A DNA stretch of 64,000 nucleotides, taken from contig VGTL01000006.1 of assembly GCA_016874675.1 (NCBI GenBank), positions 9,009 through 73,008 of the forward strand, read 5' to 3'. Shown in pieces: positions 34,834 through 44,599 of this stretch. The position numbers were made by a program, and so were the translations under genes. How positions within the stretch are numbered: position 1 is the first letter of the stretch; every line of letters starts with the position of its first letter. Below the pieces are notes generated by a model. It searched no databases. It was given only the letters and a program-made list of their open reading frames with translations, and was not told where the DNA came from. Source of the stretch: Methanobacteriota archaeon (GTDB lineage: Archaea > Thermoplasmatota > DTKX01 > VGTL01).

Positions 34834-35525
34834 CTCTTCACCTCCTTCCTGGCCGGCTCGTTCCAGTCCTCATCCTTCTTCTGGTACCTCACCCCGCCGT
34901 CCCGCGATGACCTCCAGTCCCTGGGGGGCACTATCCCGTCGATCCACTCGTTCCGGTCGAGCTGCCTGAGGCGGTCGTGGATGAGCTGCCAGGCGCAGGG
35001 GATGTCGTCGCGCACCTCGCACTTCCCGTCGTGGGAGCCGCCGCAGGGCCCGTTCAGGAGGCTCTTGCTGCACCGGGCGACGGGGCAGATCCCGCCGGTC
35101 TCCCCGAGCACGCAGTCGCCGCAGGCCTGGCAGGCCTCACGGAGCCAGCCCTCGTCGCGGTGCTCGTATCCCAGGAACACGGTGTTCTGCCCGGGGAAGA
35201 CCGGCACCTCCGGGTACTGCAGGGAGAGAAGCTGCACGCCCAGCGCGCAGCTCAGCGAGAGCACCGCGTCCCGGCCCTTCACGAGCTCGGGATAGTTCTG
35301 GGCGAGCAGGGCGGTGTCGCACTGCTTGCTCACCGTCCCGGCGACGCAGTCGACCTCGCCCCCCTTTCTCCCGAGCGCCATCTCGAGGAGTGTCCGGTAG
35401 GTCTGGGCCTCCCGGAGGCCCCTGGGCGGCTGGGTGCAGCCGTCGCAGCCCAGTACCAGTATCCTGCGCCGGCCCTGGAGCATCCTCATCATCTCCTCGA
35501 GCGGTTTCTCCTTCGTCACTATCAT
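34830..35525 (-). CDS. metV: MetV (MTHFR-associated zinc-finger/C-terminal-domain protein)
   Basis: The protein is about 230 aa and Cys-rich (CDGC, CQACGDC, CPVARC). It is located between the Fe-S subunit and metF, as in acetogen metVF clusters. Confidence 0.65.
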   Translation of the reverse strand: MIVTKEKPLEEMMRMLQGRRRILVLGCDGCTQPPRGLREAQTYRTLLEMALGRKGGEVDCVAGTVSKQCDTALLAQNYPELVKGRDAVLSLSCALGVQLLSLQYPEVPVFPGQNTVFLGYEHRDEGWLREACQACGDCVLGETGGICPVARCSKSLLNGPCGGSHDGKCEVRDDIPCAWQLIHDRLRQLDRNEWIDGIVPPRDWRSSRDGGVRYQKKDEDWNEPARKEVKR

Positions 35526-36697
35526 TTCCCACCACCCCCGGGCGGGGCCGCGCCCAGCTCCCTGATGAACGCCTCCACCTCGGATTCGAACTGGCCCAGG
35601 TACTTGGGCGTGACCGCGGAGACCCGCATCCGCCCGTCAATGCCCAGCTGCCGCAGGAGGCCACGGGCGCGGGCGGCGTGGGCCTGGGCCCTCTTGTCGC
35701 CCCGGTTCTCCTGCTTGCACATCTCGTCCACGCAGGTGGCCAGGAGCACCCCGTCGACGCCGTTCCTGAAGGCCTCCAGGATGTGCAACACATCGCCCCT
35801 CCCGGAGCAGGGCATCGGCAGCACCCGGAGCGCCCCGCCCTCCACCGGCCTGTCGAAGTGGAGGTACTCGGCCCAGCGGCACACCATCGCGAGCACCTTC
35901 GGCTTCCCGGGGGCGGCCGCGAGCTCCTTCACTGCCTTCATGAGCTCCTCGTGCTCCGAGCCCTTCATCCGGATGGCCAGGGCCGGGCACTCCGCCACGC
36001 AGATGCCGCAGCCCTTGCACAGGTTGGCGTCGACGGCGGCGGTCCCCGTGACGAGCCTGGGGGCATGATAGGGGCAGACCCAGACGCAGTTGCCGCAGGC
36101 GATGCACCGGTTGGAGTCCAGCTCCGCCCTGACGACCCCCTTCTTCAGGTCCAGCATCGAGGAATCGTAGCCCAGGTCCTCGAGCATCAGCCGGGCCGCC
36201 TCGAGCTTCTGCTGGGCCACCGGGCTGCCCTTCTTCATGCGGCAGTACTCGTCCTCGCAGACCAGGATGTGGACCTTCTGGAGGCCCACCTCCGCGCACC
36301 GGATGTAGAACTGGAGGGGGACCCGGCCGATGCACGGGAGGGACAGGAAGGCGAGCTCCTTCTCCTCCCAGAGCCCCTCGACGTCCCTCCTCTCGGGAGC
36401 GCTGCCGCGGCAGCTCAGCACCAGCGTCGACGGGTTGCCGGCCACTGCGGCGTCCAGCATCGAGTTGAGGACATCGATGTTGTAGTGGGCAGTGGTGATC
36501 TGGCCCGACGGGCAGGCCGAGTAGCAGATGCCGCAGGCCACGCACTTCTTCGGGTCCACCTTCACCTTCTTCGTCTCCGGGTCCTGGCTGATCGCCTCGA
36601 ACGGGCAGGCGGAGAGGCAGTAGACGCAGTTCCCGCAATTCTCGACATGAATCTCCATGAAGAACTTCGGCTCGGCTTCCATGTTTTCTCCCCCCAC
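35522..36697 (-). CDS. Polyferredoxin (4 x [4Fe-4S]) fused to MvhD/FlpD-like domain
   Basis: Two 2x(CxxCxxCxxxCP) pairs are present (CGNCVYCLSACP/CVACGICYSACP and CIACGNCVWVCP/CKGCGICVAECP). The C-terminal 'VLAMVCRWAEYLHFD...PCSGRGDVLHILEAFRNGVDGVLLATCVDEMC' resembles MvhD. Confidence 0.7.
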   Translation of the reverse strand: MGGENMEAEPKFFMEIHVENCGNCVYCLSACPFEAISQDPETKKVKVDPKKCVACGICYSACPSGQITTAHYNIDVLNSMLDAAVAGNPSTLVLSCRGSAPERRDVEGLWEEKELAFLSLPCIGRVPLQFYIRCAEVGLQKVHILVCEDEYCRMKKGSPVAQQKLEAARLMLEDLGYDSSMLDLKKGVVRAELDSNRCIACGNCVWVCPYHAPRLVTGTAAVDANLCKGCGICVAECPALAIRMKGSEHEELMKAVKELAAAPGKPKVLAMVCRWAEYLHFDRPVEGGALRVLPMPCSGRGDVLHILEAFRNGVDGVLLATCVDEMCKQENRGDKRAQAHAARARGLLRQLGIDGRMRVSAVTPKYLGQFESEVEAFIRELGAAPPGGGGK

Positions 36698-36807
36698 CCG
36701 GAACCCCGGCGGTGCTTATCTAGTTTTTGCAGCCGGGCCGCCGGCGTGGGGGGCGCGGGCGGGGGCGCGCCGCCAAGGCCGTTCCGGCCGGGTCCTTGCC
36801 CCATGCA

Positions 36808-37590
36808 TCAGACCGCGAAAATGTCGTTGCCGGAATAGACATTGAACCGCCTGCCCCTGAGGAAGCCCACCATGCCCAGGTCGTACCTTCGCGCCAGCCT
36901 GACGGCCTGGTAGAGCGGGGCGCTTCGCGACACCACGAGGGGGATGCGGCACCGGACGCACTTCATCGCGATGTCCATGCCTATCCGGCCGGTGACGAAC
37001 AGGACGCGGTCGTCGAGGGGGCGGCCGGCGAGGAGCTCCCGCCCGATGACCTTGTCGACGGCGTTGTGACGGGAGATGTCGGGCGCCCGGCAAATGACAT
37101 CGGCGTCGCGGTCCAGGAGGAAGGCGTAGTGGTAGCCGCCGGTGCGCTCGAACTCGGTAAACAGCGGGGCGGTCGATTTCTGGATGTCAAGCACGGTTTC
37201 TGGCTCGAGGCGGAAGCCCTTCGCCCTTCTCTCGAGCCGCTCCCCGACGCGCCTGTACTCGGGCGTCCTGCGCCCGCAGTCGGCCCATATGACGCCAAAG
37301 TTCCGCTTGAGGAACGGGAGGCGGCCTTCGAGCCCCTTGATGCGCACCCGGACACCGGCCATCCCCCCCCGCCGCTCCTGCCGGTAGAACGTGATGTCGG
37401 CCGCGGACGCTATCAGCCCCTCGGAGCGCAGGTTGCCGTACACGAACTCGCGCAGCATCCCAGGCGATATTACGGTGTCGAACCCGACCCCCTCGCCCAG
37501 GTCGACGTGCAGCACGAGCTCTTCGGCCAGATGGTCCCGCAGAAGGGTCTCCCGGCCGCGTTCATAACGTCGTATCTGAAGACGCTTCAT
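36808..37590 (-). CDS. fdhD: Formate dehydrogenase accessory sulfurtransferase
   Basis: The protein is 260 aa. 'TGGYHYAFL' and 'ISRHNAVDKVIG' match the FdhD family. Confidence 0.8.
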   Translation of the reverse strand: MKRLQIRRYERGRETLLRDHLAEELVLHVDLGEGVGFDTVISPGMLREFVYGNLRSEGLIASAADITFYRQERRGGMAGVRVRIKGLEGRLPFLKRNFGVIWADCGRRTPEYRRVGERLERRAKGFRLEPETVLDIQKSTAPLFTEFERTGGYHYAFLLDRDADVICRAPDISRHNAVDKVIGRELLAGRPLDDRVLFVTGRIGMDIAMKCVRCRIPLVVSRSAPLYQAVRLARRYDLGMVGFLRGRRFNVYSGNDIFAV

Positions 37591-37617
37591 ACCACCACGT
37601 ATCCGATGTAACCAATA

Positions 37618-37633
37618 GGTATTAATATCTTTG
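37618..37633 (+). promoter_or_regulatory. TATA-like element for cooF-acs operon (divergent from fdhD)
   Basis: The sequence 'ggtattaatatctttg' lies about 75 bp upstream of cooF ATG 37708. Confidence 0.4.
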
Positions 37634-37707
37634 AAAGATTACGTCCCCACAATGGGGAAGGGGCGGCGGCTTGTGCCGCCGTGCTTGGTGGGTAATGGGG
37701 GGATAAT

Positions 37708-38157
37708 GTGAGGAAGGTCAGCTTCGCTCCTGAGATATGCGTCACCTGCGGGACCTGCTCGATCGCCTGCGCGGTCGTCCACTCGATGTCGGGGGACCCC
37801 ACCGGCGCGGCGCTGGAGGTGCCCGTTCCGCGGGCGCGGGTGCACATCGCGGAGAAGGGGGGCAAGCTCAAGCTCGTCCGCTGCCGCAACTGCCGGAAGG
37901 CCAAGTGCATTGCGGCCTGCCCCGAGAAGGCCATAAAGAAGAACGCCCAGGACTACGTGCTCATCGACGAGAGGCTATGCAACGGGTGCTGGAAGTGCAT
38001 CGAGGCCTGCCCGTTCCAGGCGATCGTCAAGTCGGATGACGAGAAGGTGGCACAGAAGTGCGACTCCTGCCTGGACCGGCCGGTGCCGGCCTGCGTGGAG
38101 TCGTGCAACGTGAAGGCGCTCAAGGTCGAGGAAGTGGAGATGGAAGAGGAGGGATGA
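37708..38157 (+). CDS. cooF: CooF-type 4Fe-4S ferredoxin (CODH electron-transfer subunit)
   Basis: Multiple CxxCxxCxxxCP motifs are present, the length is 149 aa, and the gene lies immediately upstream of CODH. Confidence 0.75.
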   Translation: MRKVSFAPEICVTCGTCSIACAVVHSMSGDPTGAALEVPVPRARVHIAEKGGKLKLVRCRNCRKAKCIAACPEKAIKKNAQDYVLIDERLCNGCWKCIEACPFQAIVKSDDEKVAQKCDSCLDRPVPACVESCNVKALKVEEVEMEEEG

Positions 38158-38161
38158 GGAG

Positions 38162-41100
38162 ATGGGTGTGAATTCCAAATGTTCGGTTGACCCGGCGATA
38201 AACAAGATGGCGACCGTGGCGGCGGCCTGCGGCTGCGACACCACGTTCGACAGGACGGAAGCGATGAAGCCCCAGTGCGGCTACGGCGAGCTGGGCCTGT
38301 GCTGCCGCATCTGCATGCAGGGGCCCTGCCGCATCAACCCGTACGGCGCCGAGCCCAGCGTGGGCATATGCGGCGCCAGGGACTACACGATGGTCGCCCG
38401 CAACATCATCCGCATGGCCGCGGCCGGCGCGGCCGCGCACTCCGACCACGGGCGGCACATCGTCCACACCCTGCACTCGGTGGCGGAGGCGAAGGCCCCC
38501 GCCTACCAGATAAAGGACAAAAGGAAGCTCCGCAAGGTGGCCGCCAGGCTGGGACTGCAGGTGGAGGGAAAGAAGGATGACGAGCTGGCGCTCAGGGTGG
38601 CCGAGATCGCCCTCAACGACTATTCCAGCCAGGGGGAGGAGGTCACCGCCTTCGTCAAGGCCTATGTGCCGGAGAAGCGGCTCAAGCTCTGGGACTCGCA
38701 CGACGTCCTCCCGACCAACATCGACCGGGGCATATGCGAGGTCATGCACCGCAGCACGATGGGCTGCGACGCCGACCCTGTCCCGCTGATATTCGGCGGC
38801 ATCAAGGCGGCGCTGGGCGACCTCACCGGCGAGTTCATCAGCACCAACATCTCGGACATACTCTTCGGCACGCCCAGGATAATCAAGGCCGAGGCGAACA
38901 TGAACGTCTTCGACGTCGACGCCGTCAACATCGTCGTCCACGGCCACAACCCGATAATGAGCGAGGTGATGGTGGACGTGGCGGGCGAGCTCGAGGGCGA
39001 GGCCAAGGCCGCCGGGGCGAGGCACGGCGTGGCCATATCTGGCATCTGCTGCACGGCCAACGAGCTCCTGATGAGGCACGGCATCCCCATCGCCACGAAC
39101 TTTTTGGGCCAGGACCTGGCCATCGTGACCGGAGTGGTGGACGCCATGGTCGTGGACTACCAGTGCATCATGCCCGCGCTGGCACCCACCGCCCAGTGCT
39201 TCCACACCAAGCTCATCTCCACGATGCCGATAACCCGCGTCCCGGGCGACATACACATCGAGTTCAACGAGAGGACGGCCAAGGAGGGCGCCCGCCAGAT
39301 AGTCCGGCTGGCCATCGAGGCCTTCAAGCACCGCGACCCGACCAAGATCCAGATACCGGAGATGAAAGCATCCGTCGTTGCGGGCTTCAGCTGCGAGGCG
39401 CTCGAGGACCTGCTGGCCAAGCTCAGCCCCGCCGACCCGTGGGGCTGGCTCGTCGAGCGCATCCGGGACGGCCGCATCCAGGGCGTGGCCCTCATCGCCG
39501 GATGCAACAACCAAAAGAACCTGCACGACGAGTGCCACAACACCGTGGCCATGGAGCTTGCCAAGAACAACGTCCTCGTGCTCGCCACCGGCTGCGCCGC
39601 CCAGGCGTACGCCAAGCACGGCCTGCTGTCGCAGGAGTTCGCCGAGAAGTACGCCGGCGACACCCTCAAGAAGGTCCTCGGGGAGATGGGGCAGGCCGCC
39701 GGGCTCAAGTCGCTGCCGCTCGTGCTGCACATGGGCTCCTGCGTGGACAATTCCCGGGCCCAGGAGCTGGTCGCCACGCTTGCCTCGAAGTTCAACGTGG
39801 ACATCAGCCAGCTCCCCATCGTGGCGAGCGCCCCCGAGGCGATGAGCGAGAAGGCCGTCGCCATCGGCACCTGGGCCATCACGATGGGCTGGCCCACCCA
39901 CGTCGGCGTGTACCCGTACATCAAGGGCTCGAAGCTCGTGAACGAGGTAGCCGAGAAGACCGCCCGCGACGTGTACGGCGGGTTCTTCATCTTCGAGCCC
40001 GACGCCGCCGTCGCCTCGAGGAAGCTCGTCAACATCGTCAAGCACCGCCGCTGGAGGATGGGCATCGGCCCGGAGCCCGTCGGCATCGACGGCTACGGCC
40101 AGGTCGCCGGCACCGAGAAGAGGACCACCCAGCGCCAACTCTACAAGATGGCCATCGATGGCGCCATAATCGCCACGGGCTACGCCGAGATACTGCTCAA
40201 CCGGGCCATCCACAAGCACGGCGCTGGTCACGAGGTCTCCTACCCTGGCACCGCCTACGGCCTGCCCTGCATCGACGCCTGGACCGGGGTCGAGGTCAAG
40301 AAGCTTGCGGACCTGCCGCCCCTCCTGGGCGCCGTCCGCGGACGCATCAAGGAGGAGTACACCTACGAGAACGCCTTCGCCGCCGGCGAGGCCGTCCTCT
40401 ACTCGGCGGAGATAGTCGAGGCGCTCAAGTACCTCGACGGGACGGACCCCTACGAGGACAAACGCCCGTACACCGGATTCGTGGGCGACCCCATCCTGCG
40501 CAAGCTGGGCATCGCATTCGTGGACGACACGATACCGGCCGCGGCAGTCTTCGTCGGCAAGGCCAAGGACCCCAAGGCGCTGGTCAGGCTCGTCCGCGAG
40601 TGCCAGGAGAAGGGCATGCTGATAATCGCCACCTTCGACATCATCCAGCAGCTCCAGGACAACGGCTACCGGTTCGACGAGGGCAACCACTACGGCCTGG
40701 ACGTCATGCTCTACCCCGTCGGCGAGTTCACGCAGGCCATCCACGGCGCCTCGTTCGCCACCCGGGCGGCCCTGGCCTTCGCCGGAATAAAGCGCGGCGA
40801 CCGCAAGGCGCTCTACGAGTACCTGCACAAGCGCCCCCGCGTCTTCGTGGTCCAGCTCGGGCCCCTCGACGACATCAAGGTGGCCGCGGAGTTCGGCGTG
40901 CTCTTCATGGGCAGCCCGACCATCACGGACCAGGACATCGAGGAGATCCCCGACAGGTACGTGATGGAGAAGGACTACACGAAGATACTGCAGCGCGCGA
41001 CCGAGCTTAGGGACATCAAGTACAAGCTGACCAAGGTGCCCATACCGGTGCTCTACGGGCCCTCGTTCGAGGGCGAGTCCATCCGCAAGCAGGACATGTA

Positions 41101-42271
41101 CCTCGAGGCCGGGGGGACGCGCACGCCGGCCCTCGAGTACGTCCGCATGGCCCCGGCCGAGGAGGTCGAGGACGGGAAGACAACCTTCATCGGCAAGGAC
41201 GTGGACGAGCTCCCCGAGGGCAAGGCGATACCTCTGGGCATATTCGTGGACGTCTACGGCCGCAAGATGCAGAAGGACTTCGAGAGCGTGCTCGAACGGC
41301 GGATACACCAGTTCACGAACTTCATAGAGGGCGGGTGGCACACCGGCCAGCGCAACCTCATCTGGATCCGGCTGAGCAAGAACTCGGTCAAGCAGGGCCT
41401 CAAGCTCAAGCACCTGGGCACGGTCCTGCACGCCAAGTTCCACGCCGACTTCAGCGGCATCGTCGACCGCGTGCAGGTGACCGTGGTCACCGACGAATCG
41501 GAGCTCAAGAAGCGGGCCCCGGCTGCCATGAAGGCCTACGACGAGCGCGACGCCCGCATACGCGGCCTGACCGACGAGGCGGTGGACACCTTCTACTCCT
41601 GCACGCTGTGCCAGTCTTTTGCGCCCAACCACCTGTGCGTCATCTCGCCCGAGAGGCTGGGGCTCTGCGGCGCCATCAACTGGCTGGACGCCAAGGCCTC
41701 GTTCGAGATAGCGCCCTCCGGGCCCAACCGGCCCTGGAAGAAGGGCGCCACCGTCGACGAGGTCAAGGGCCAGTGGGAGGGCGTCAACGCCGGCGTGAAG
41801 GAGCTCTCGCGGGGCAAGATAGAGCGCTTCAACTCCTACAGCATCATGGAGGACCCGATGACCTCGTGCGGCTGTTTCGAGTGCATCCTGGCGATGGTGC
41901 CCGAGGCCAACGGGATACTCATCATAAACCGCGAGTACCCGGGCGAGACGCCCATCGGGATGAAGTTCTCCACGCTCGCCGGCCAGGTGGGCGGGGGCAA
42001 CCAGGTGCCCGGGTTCCTGGGCGTCGGAAGGCAGTACATCACCAGCAAGAAGTTCATCTCGGCGGACGGCGGGTTCCAGCGGGTGGTGTGGATGCCCAAG
42101 ATGCTCAAGGACGCCCTGCGCGACCGGCTGGTCGAGCGCGGCAAGGAGGTGGGCGATCCCGACTTCGTCCAAAAGATCGCCGACGAGACGGTCGCCACCA
42201 CCACAGACCAGCTCATGGAGTTCCTGCAGAAGGTGAACCACCCGGCGCTGGGAATGAACCCGATGATGTAG
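38162..42271 (+). CDS. Fused carbon monoxide dehydrogenase (CooS/AcsA) - acetyl-CoA synthase (AcsB) single polypeptide, 1369 aa
   Basis: The N-terminal roughly 635 aa carry the CooS signature 'CGYGELGLCCRICMQGPCRI'. From about nt 40060-40140 the sequence aligns with the bacterial AcsB N-terminus (GAIIATGYAEILLNRAIHKHG...YPGTAYGLPCI...VEVKKLADLPPLL) and continues to the A-cluster motifs 'SCTLCQSFAPNHLCVISPERLGLCGAINWLDAKA' and 'SCGCFECI'. The ORF is uninterrupted. Confidence 0.85.
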   Translation: MGVNSKCSVDPAINKMATVAAACGCDTTFDRTEAMKPQCGYGELGLCCRICMQGPCRINPYGAEPSVGICGARDYTMVARNIIRMAAAGAAAHSDHGRHIVHTLHSVAEAKAPAYQIKDKRKLRKVAARLGLQVEGKKDDELALRVAEIALNDYSSQGEEVTAFVKAYVPEKRLKLWDSHDVLPTNIDRGICEVMHRSTMGCDADPVPLIFGGIKAALGDLTGEFISTNISDILFGTPRIIKAEANMNVFDVDAVNIVVHGHNPIMSEVMVDVAGELEGEAKAAGARHGVAISGICCTANELLMRHGIPIATNFLGQDLAIVTGVVDAMVVDYQCIMPALAPTAQCFHTKLISTMPITRVPGDIHIEFNERTAKEGARQIVRLAIEAFKHRDPTKIQIPEMKASVVAGFSCEALEDLLAKLSPADPWGWLVERIRDGRIQGVALIAGCNNQKNLHDECHNTVAMELAKNNVLVLATGCAAQAYAKHGLLSQEFAEKYAGDTLKKVLGEMGQAAGLKSLPLVLHMGSCVDNSRAQELVATLASKFNVDISQLPIVASAPEAMSEKAVAIGTWAITMGWPTHVGVYPYIKGSKLVNEVAEKTARDVYGGFFIFEPDAAVASRKLVNIVKHRRWRMGIGPEPVGIDGYGQVAGTEKRTTQRQLYKMAIDGAIIATGYAEILLNRAIHKHGAGHEVSYPGTAYGLPCIDAWTGVEVKKLADLPPLLGAVRGRIKEEYTYENAFAAGEAVLYSAEIVEALKYLDGTDPYEDKRPYTGFVGDPILRKLGIAFVDDTIPAAAVFVGKAKDPKALVRLVRECQEKGMLIIATFDIIQQLQDNGYRFDEGNHYGLDVMLYPVGEFTQAIHGASFATRAALAFAGIKRGDRKALYEYLHKRPRVFVVQLGPLDDIKVAAEFGVLFMGSPTITDQDIEEIPDRYVMEKDYTKILQRATELRDIKYKLTKVPIPVLYGPSFEGESIRKQDMYLEAGGTRTPALEYVRMAPAEEVEDGKTTFIGKDVDELPEGKAIPLGIFVDVYGRKMQKDFESVLERRIHQFTNFIEGGWHTGQRNLIWIRLSKNSVKQGLKLKHLGTVLHAKFHADFSGIVDRVQVTVVTDESELKKRAPAAMKAYDERDARIRGLTDEAVDTFYSCTLCQSFAPNHLCVISPERLGLCGAINWLDAKASFEIAPSGPNRPWKKGATVDEVKGQWEGVNAGVKELSRGKIERFNSYSIMEDPMTSCGCFECILAMVPEANGILIINREYPGETPIGMKFSTLAGQVGGGNQVPGFLGVGRQYITSKKFISADGGFQRVVWMPKMLKDALRDRLVERGKEVGDPDFVQKIADETVATTTDQLMEFLQKVNHPALGMNPMM

Positions 42272-42293
42272 GCGATACAAGGGGGAAGCAGGG

Positions 42294-43250
42294 ATGCCGA
42301 TCCAGTTTCCGGCGGAGAAGTACACTGGAAGGATTGCCGAAATAACCCTGGGCGCGACCAAGGAGGAGGGCGGCACCCGCGCGCGCAAGGTGACCGTGGG
42401 GGGCCAGGCGGCCCTGAACTTCCACGGCGCGGACGGGGCCTACCCGAACCCTCCCGCGGTGGCCATGGAGATCTACGACGTCGCTCCGGAGCTCCCCGAG
42501 GAGGTCGTCCGGGCCCTCGGGCCCGTCCTGGACAGGCCGGCCGCCTGGGCCAGAAAGTGCGTCGAGGACTGGCACGCCGACCTCGTCTGCCTGAAGCTCA
42601 AGGGCACCAACCCCGAGGCGGAGAACCGGAGCCCCGAGGACGCGGCCAGGACGGTGGAGGAGGTTCTCAAGGCGGTCGGGGTGCCGCTCGTCGTCTACGG
42701 CTCGGGGGCCGAGGAGAAGGACACCCGGGTGATGCAGGTCGTGGGCGAACTCCTCAAGAAGGAGAACTGCGCCATAGGCCAGGCCGAGAACGAGAAATAC
42801 AAGTCGATCTCGGTGGCGTCCATGGGCTTCGGCCAGAGCCTGGTGGCGTTCTCCAACCTGGACATCAACCTGGCCAAGCAGCTCAACATCCTGCTCACCG
42901 ACTTCGGCGTGAAGCGGGAGCGCATCCTCATGGACCCGCTGCTCGGCGGCCTGGGCTACGGCCTCGACTACTCCTACTCGGTCATCGAGCGCATCCGGCT
43001 TGCGGCGCTCGCCGGGGACACGATGCTCCAGAACCCGATACTCGTGGACACATCGATCGCCTGGAACGCCCGCGAGGCCACGATAGGCGAGCTCGCCGCG
43101 GGCGGCGACGCCGCCCGGCGCGGCCCGGCCTGGGAGGCCACCACCGGCATTGCATCGATGGTCGCCGGCGCCGACCTCCTCGTCATGCGCCACCCGGAGG
43201 CGGTCAAGATGGTGAAGGGCGCGATAGCCGAGCTCAAGGGAGGTGCCTGA
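42294..43250 (+). CDS. acsD: Corrinoid iron-sulfur protein small subunit
   Basis: The protein is 318 aa and TIM-barrel-like. Its operon position lies between the ACS gene and acsC, which it overlaps by 8 nt. Confidence 0.7.
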   Translation: MPIQFPAEKYTGRIAEITLGATKEEGGTRARKVTVGGQAALNFHGADGAYPNPPAVAMEIYDVAPELPEEVVRALGPVLDRPAAWARKCVEDWHADLVCLKLKGTNPEAENRSPEDAARTVEEVLKAVGVPLVVYGSGAEEKDTRVMQVVGELLKKENCAIGQAENEKYKSISVASMGFGQSLVAFSNLDINLAKQLNILLTDFGVKRERILMDPLLGGLGYGLDYSYSVIERIRLAALAGDTMLQNPILVDTSIAWNAREATIGELAAGGDAARRGPAWEATTGIASMVAGADLLVMRHPEAVKMVKGAIAELKGGA

Positions 43251-44580
43251 GATGGGACTGACGGCCCTCGAGATATACAAGCACCTGCCCAAGAAGAACT
43301 GCACCGAGTGCGGGGTGCCCACCTGCCTGGCGTTCGCCATGCAGCTCGCCTCGCTGAAGGTCAAGCTCGAGGCGTGCCCGTACGTGACGGAGCAGGCCAA
43401 GGCGGCGCTGGCCGCCTCCTCGGCCCCGCCCATCCGGCTGGTGAAGATCGGCACGGGGCCCAACGAGGTGGGCATCGGGGACGAGGTGGTGCTCTTCCGC
43501 CACGACAAGACCTTCTTCCACCCGACGGCGCTCGCCGGGATGGTGCTGGACACCTCTCCCGAGGCGGACATCGCCGCCGGGGCCGCAGGGCTCAACTCGC
43601 TCCGGACGGAGCGCGTGGGGCTCATGATGAAGCTGGACATGATAGCCGTGAGGGCGGCGGCCGGCGACCCGGCGCGGTTCGCCCACGCCGTGTCAGTGGT
43701 CAGGTCGAAGTCGGACCTGCCGCTCGTGCTCGTTTCCGACAGCGCCGCCGCCATGGAGGCGGGACTGAAGGTGGCCGGCAAGGACCGGCCGCTGATACAC
43801 GCGGCGACCGCGGCCAACTGGGAGGCGATGACGAAGCTCGCCAAGGACAACAAGTGCCCGCTGGCGATAACGGCCCCCGGCCTGGACGCCCTCTCGGACC
43901 TGGCGGCCAAGGTGAAGGGCGCCGGCGTCGAGGACATCGTGCTCGACATCGGCGAGATGCCCATGGGCAAGGCGCTCGAGACGCTCACGGCCCTGCGGCG
44001 GCTCACCATCAAGAAGAGCAACCGCGCGGTGGGCTACCCGGTGCTCATGCTGGTCAAGGACGACGAGCTCGCGCCCATGCGGGCCGCGCTGGGCGTGATG
44101 AAGTACGCCTCCGCGGTCATCCTGGAGAGGGTGGACCCGGCGACGCTGTACCCCCTCATGACGCTGCGCCAGAACATCTACACCGACCCGCAGAAGCCGA
44201 TACAAGTCAAGGCCGGCATCTACGAGATCGGCAAGCCGACCGACGGCTCGCCGCTGATGTTCACGACCAACTTCTCGCTGACCTTCTTCACCGTGCAGGG
44301 CGACATCGAGAAGAGCAAGAGCCCGGCGTACCTCATGGTGCTGGACACCGAGGGGCTCTCGGTGATGACGGCGTTCGCCGCCGGCAAGCTCACGCCCGAG
44401 ATGGTGGAGAAGATGCTCAACGAGAGCGGGATCAAGGCCAGGCTCGGGCACAGGAAGCTCATCATCCCCGGCATCGTGGCGCGCATGAGCGGGAAGCTTT
44501 GCGAGCTCACGAGCTGGGAAGTGGTCGTGGGCCCGCGGGACTCGTCGGGGATACCGTCGTTCATGAAGACCTGGAAGTGA
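43243..44580 (+). CDS. acsC: Corrinoid iron-sulfur protein large subunit
   Basis: An N-terminal [4Fe-4S] motif 'KKNCTECGVPTCLAFAMQLAS...CPY' is present and the length is 445 aa. Confidence 0.8.
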   Translation: MPEMGLTALEIYKHLPKKNCTECGVPTCLAFAMQLASLKVKLEACPYVTEQAKAALAASSAPPIRLVKIGTGPNEVGIGDEVVLFRHDKTFFHPTALAGMVLDTSPEADIAAGAAGLNSLRTERVGLMMKLDMIAVRAAAGDPARFAHAVSVVRSKSDLPLVLVSDSAAAMEAGLKVAGKDRPLIHAATAANWEAMTKLAKDNKCPLAITAPGLDALSDLAAKVKGAGVEDIVLDIGEMPMGKALETLTALRRLTIKKSNRAVGYPVLMLVKDDELAPMRAALGVMKYASAVILERVDPATLYPLMTLRQNIYTDPQKPIQVKAGIYEIGKPTDGSPLMFTTNFSLTFFTVQGDIEKSKSPAYLMVLDTEGLSVMTAFAAGKLTPEMVEKMLNESGIKARLGHRKLIIPGIVARMSGKLCELTSWEVVVGPRDSSGIPSFMKTWK

Positions 44581-44599
44581 GGGGAAGGGAGGAAGGAAC

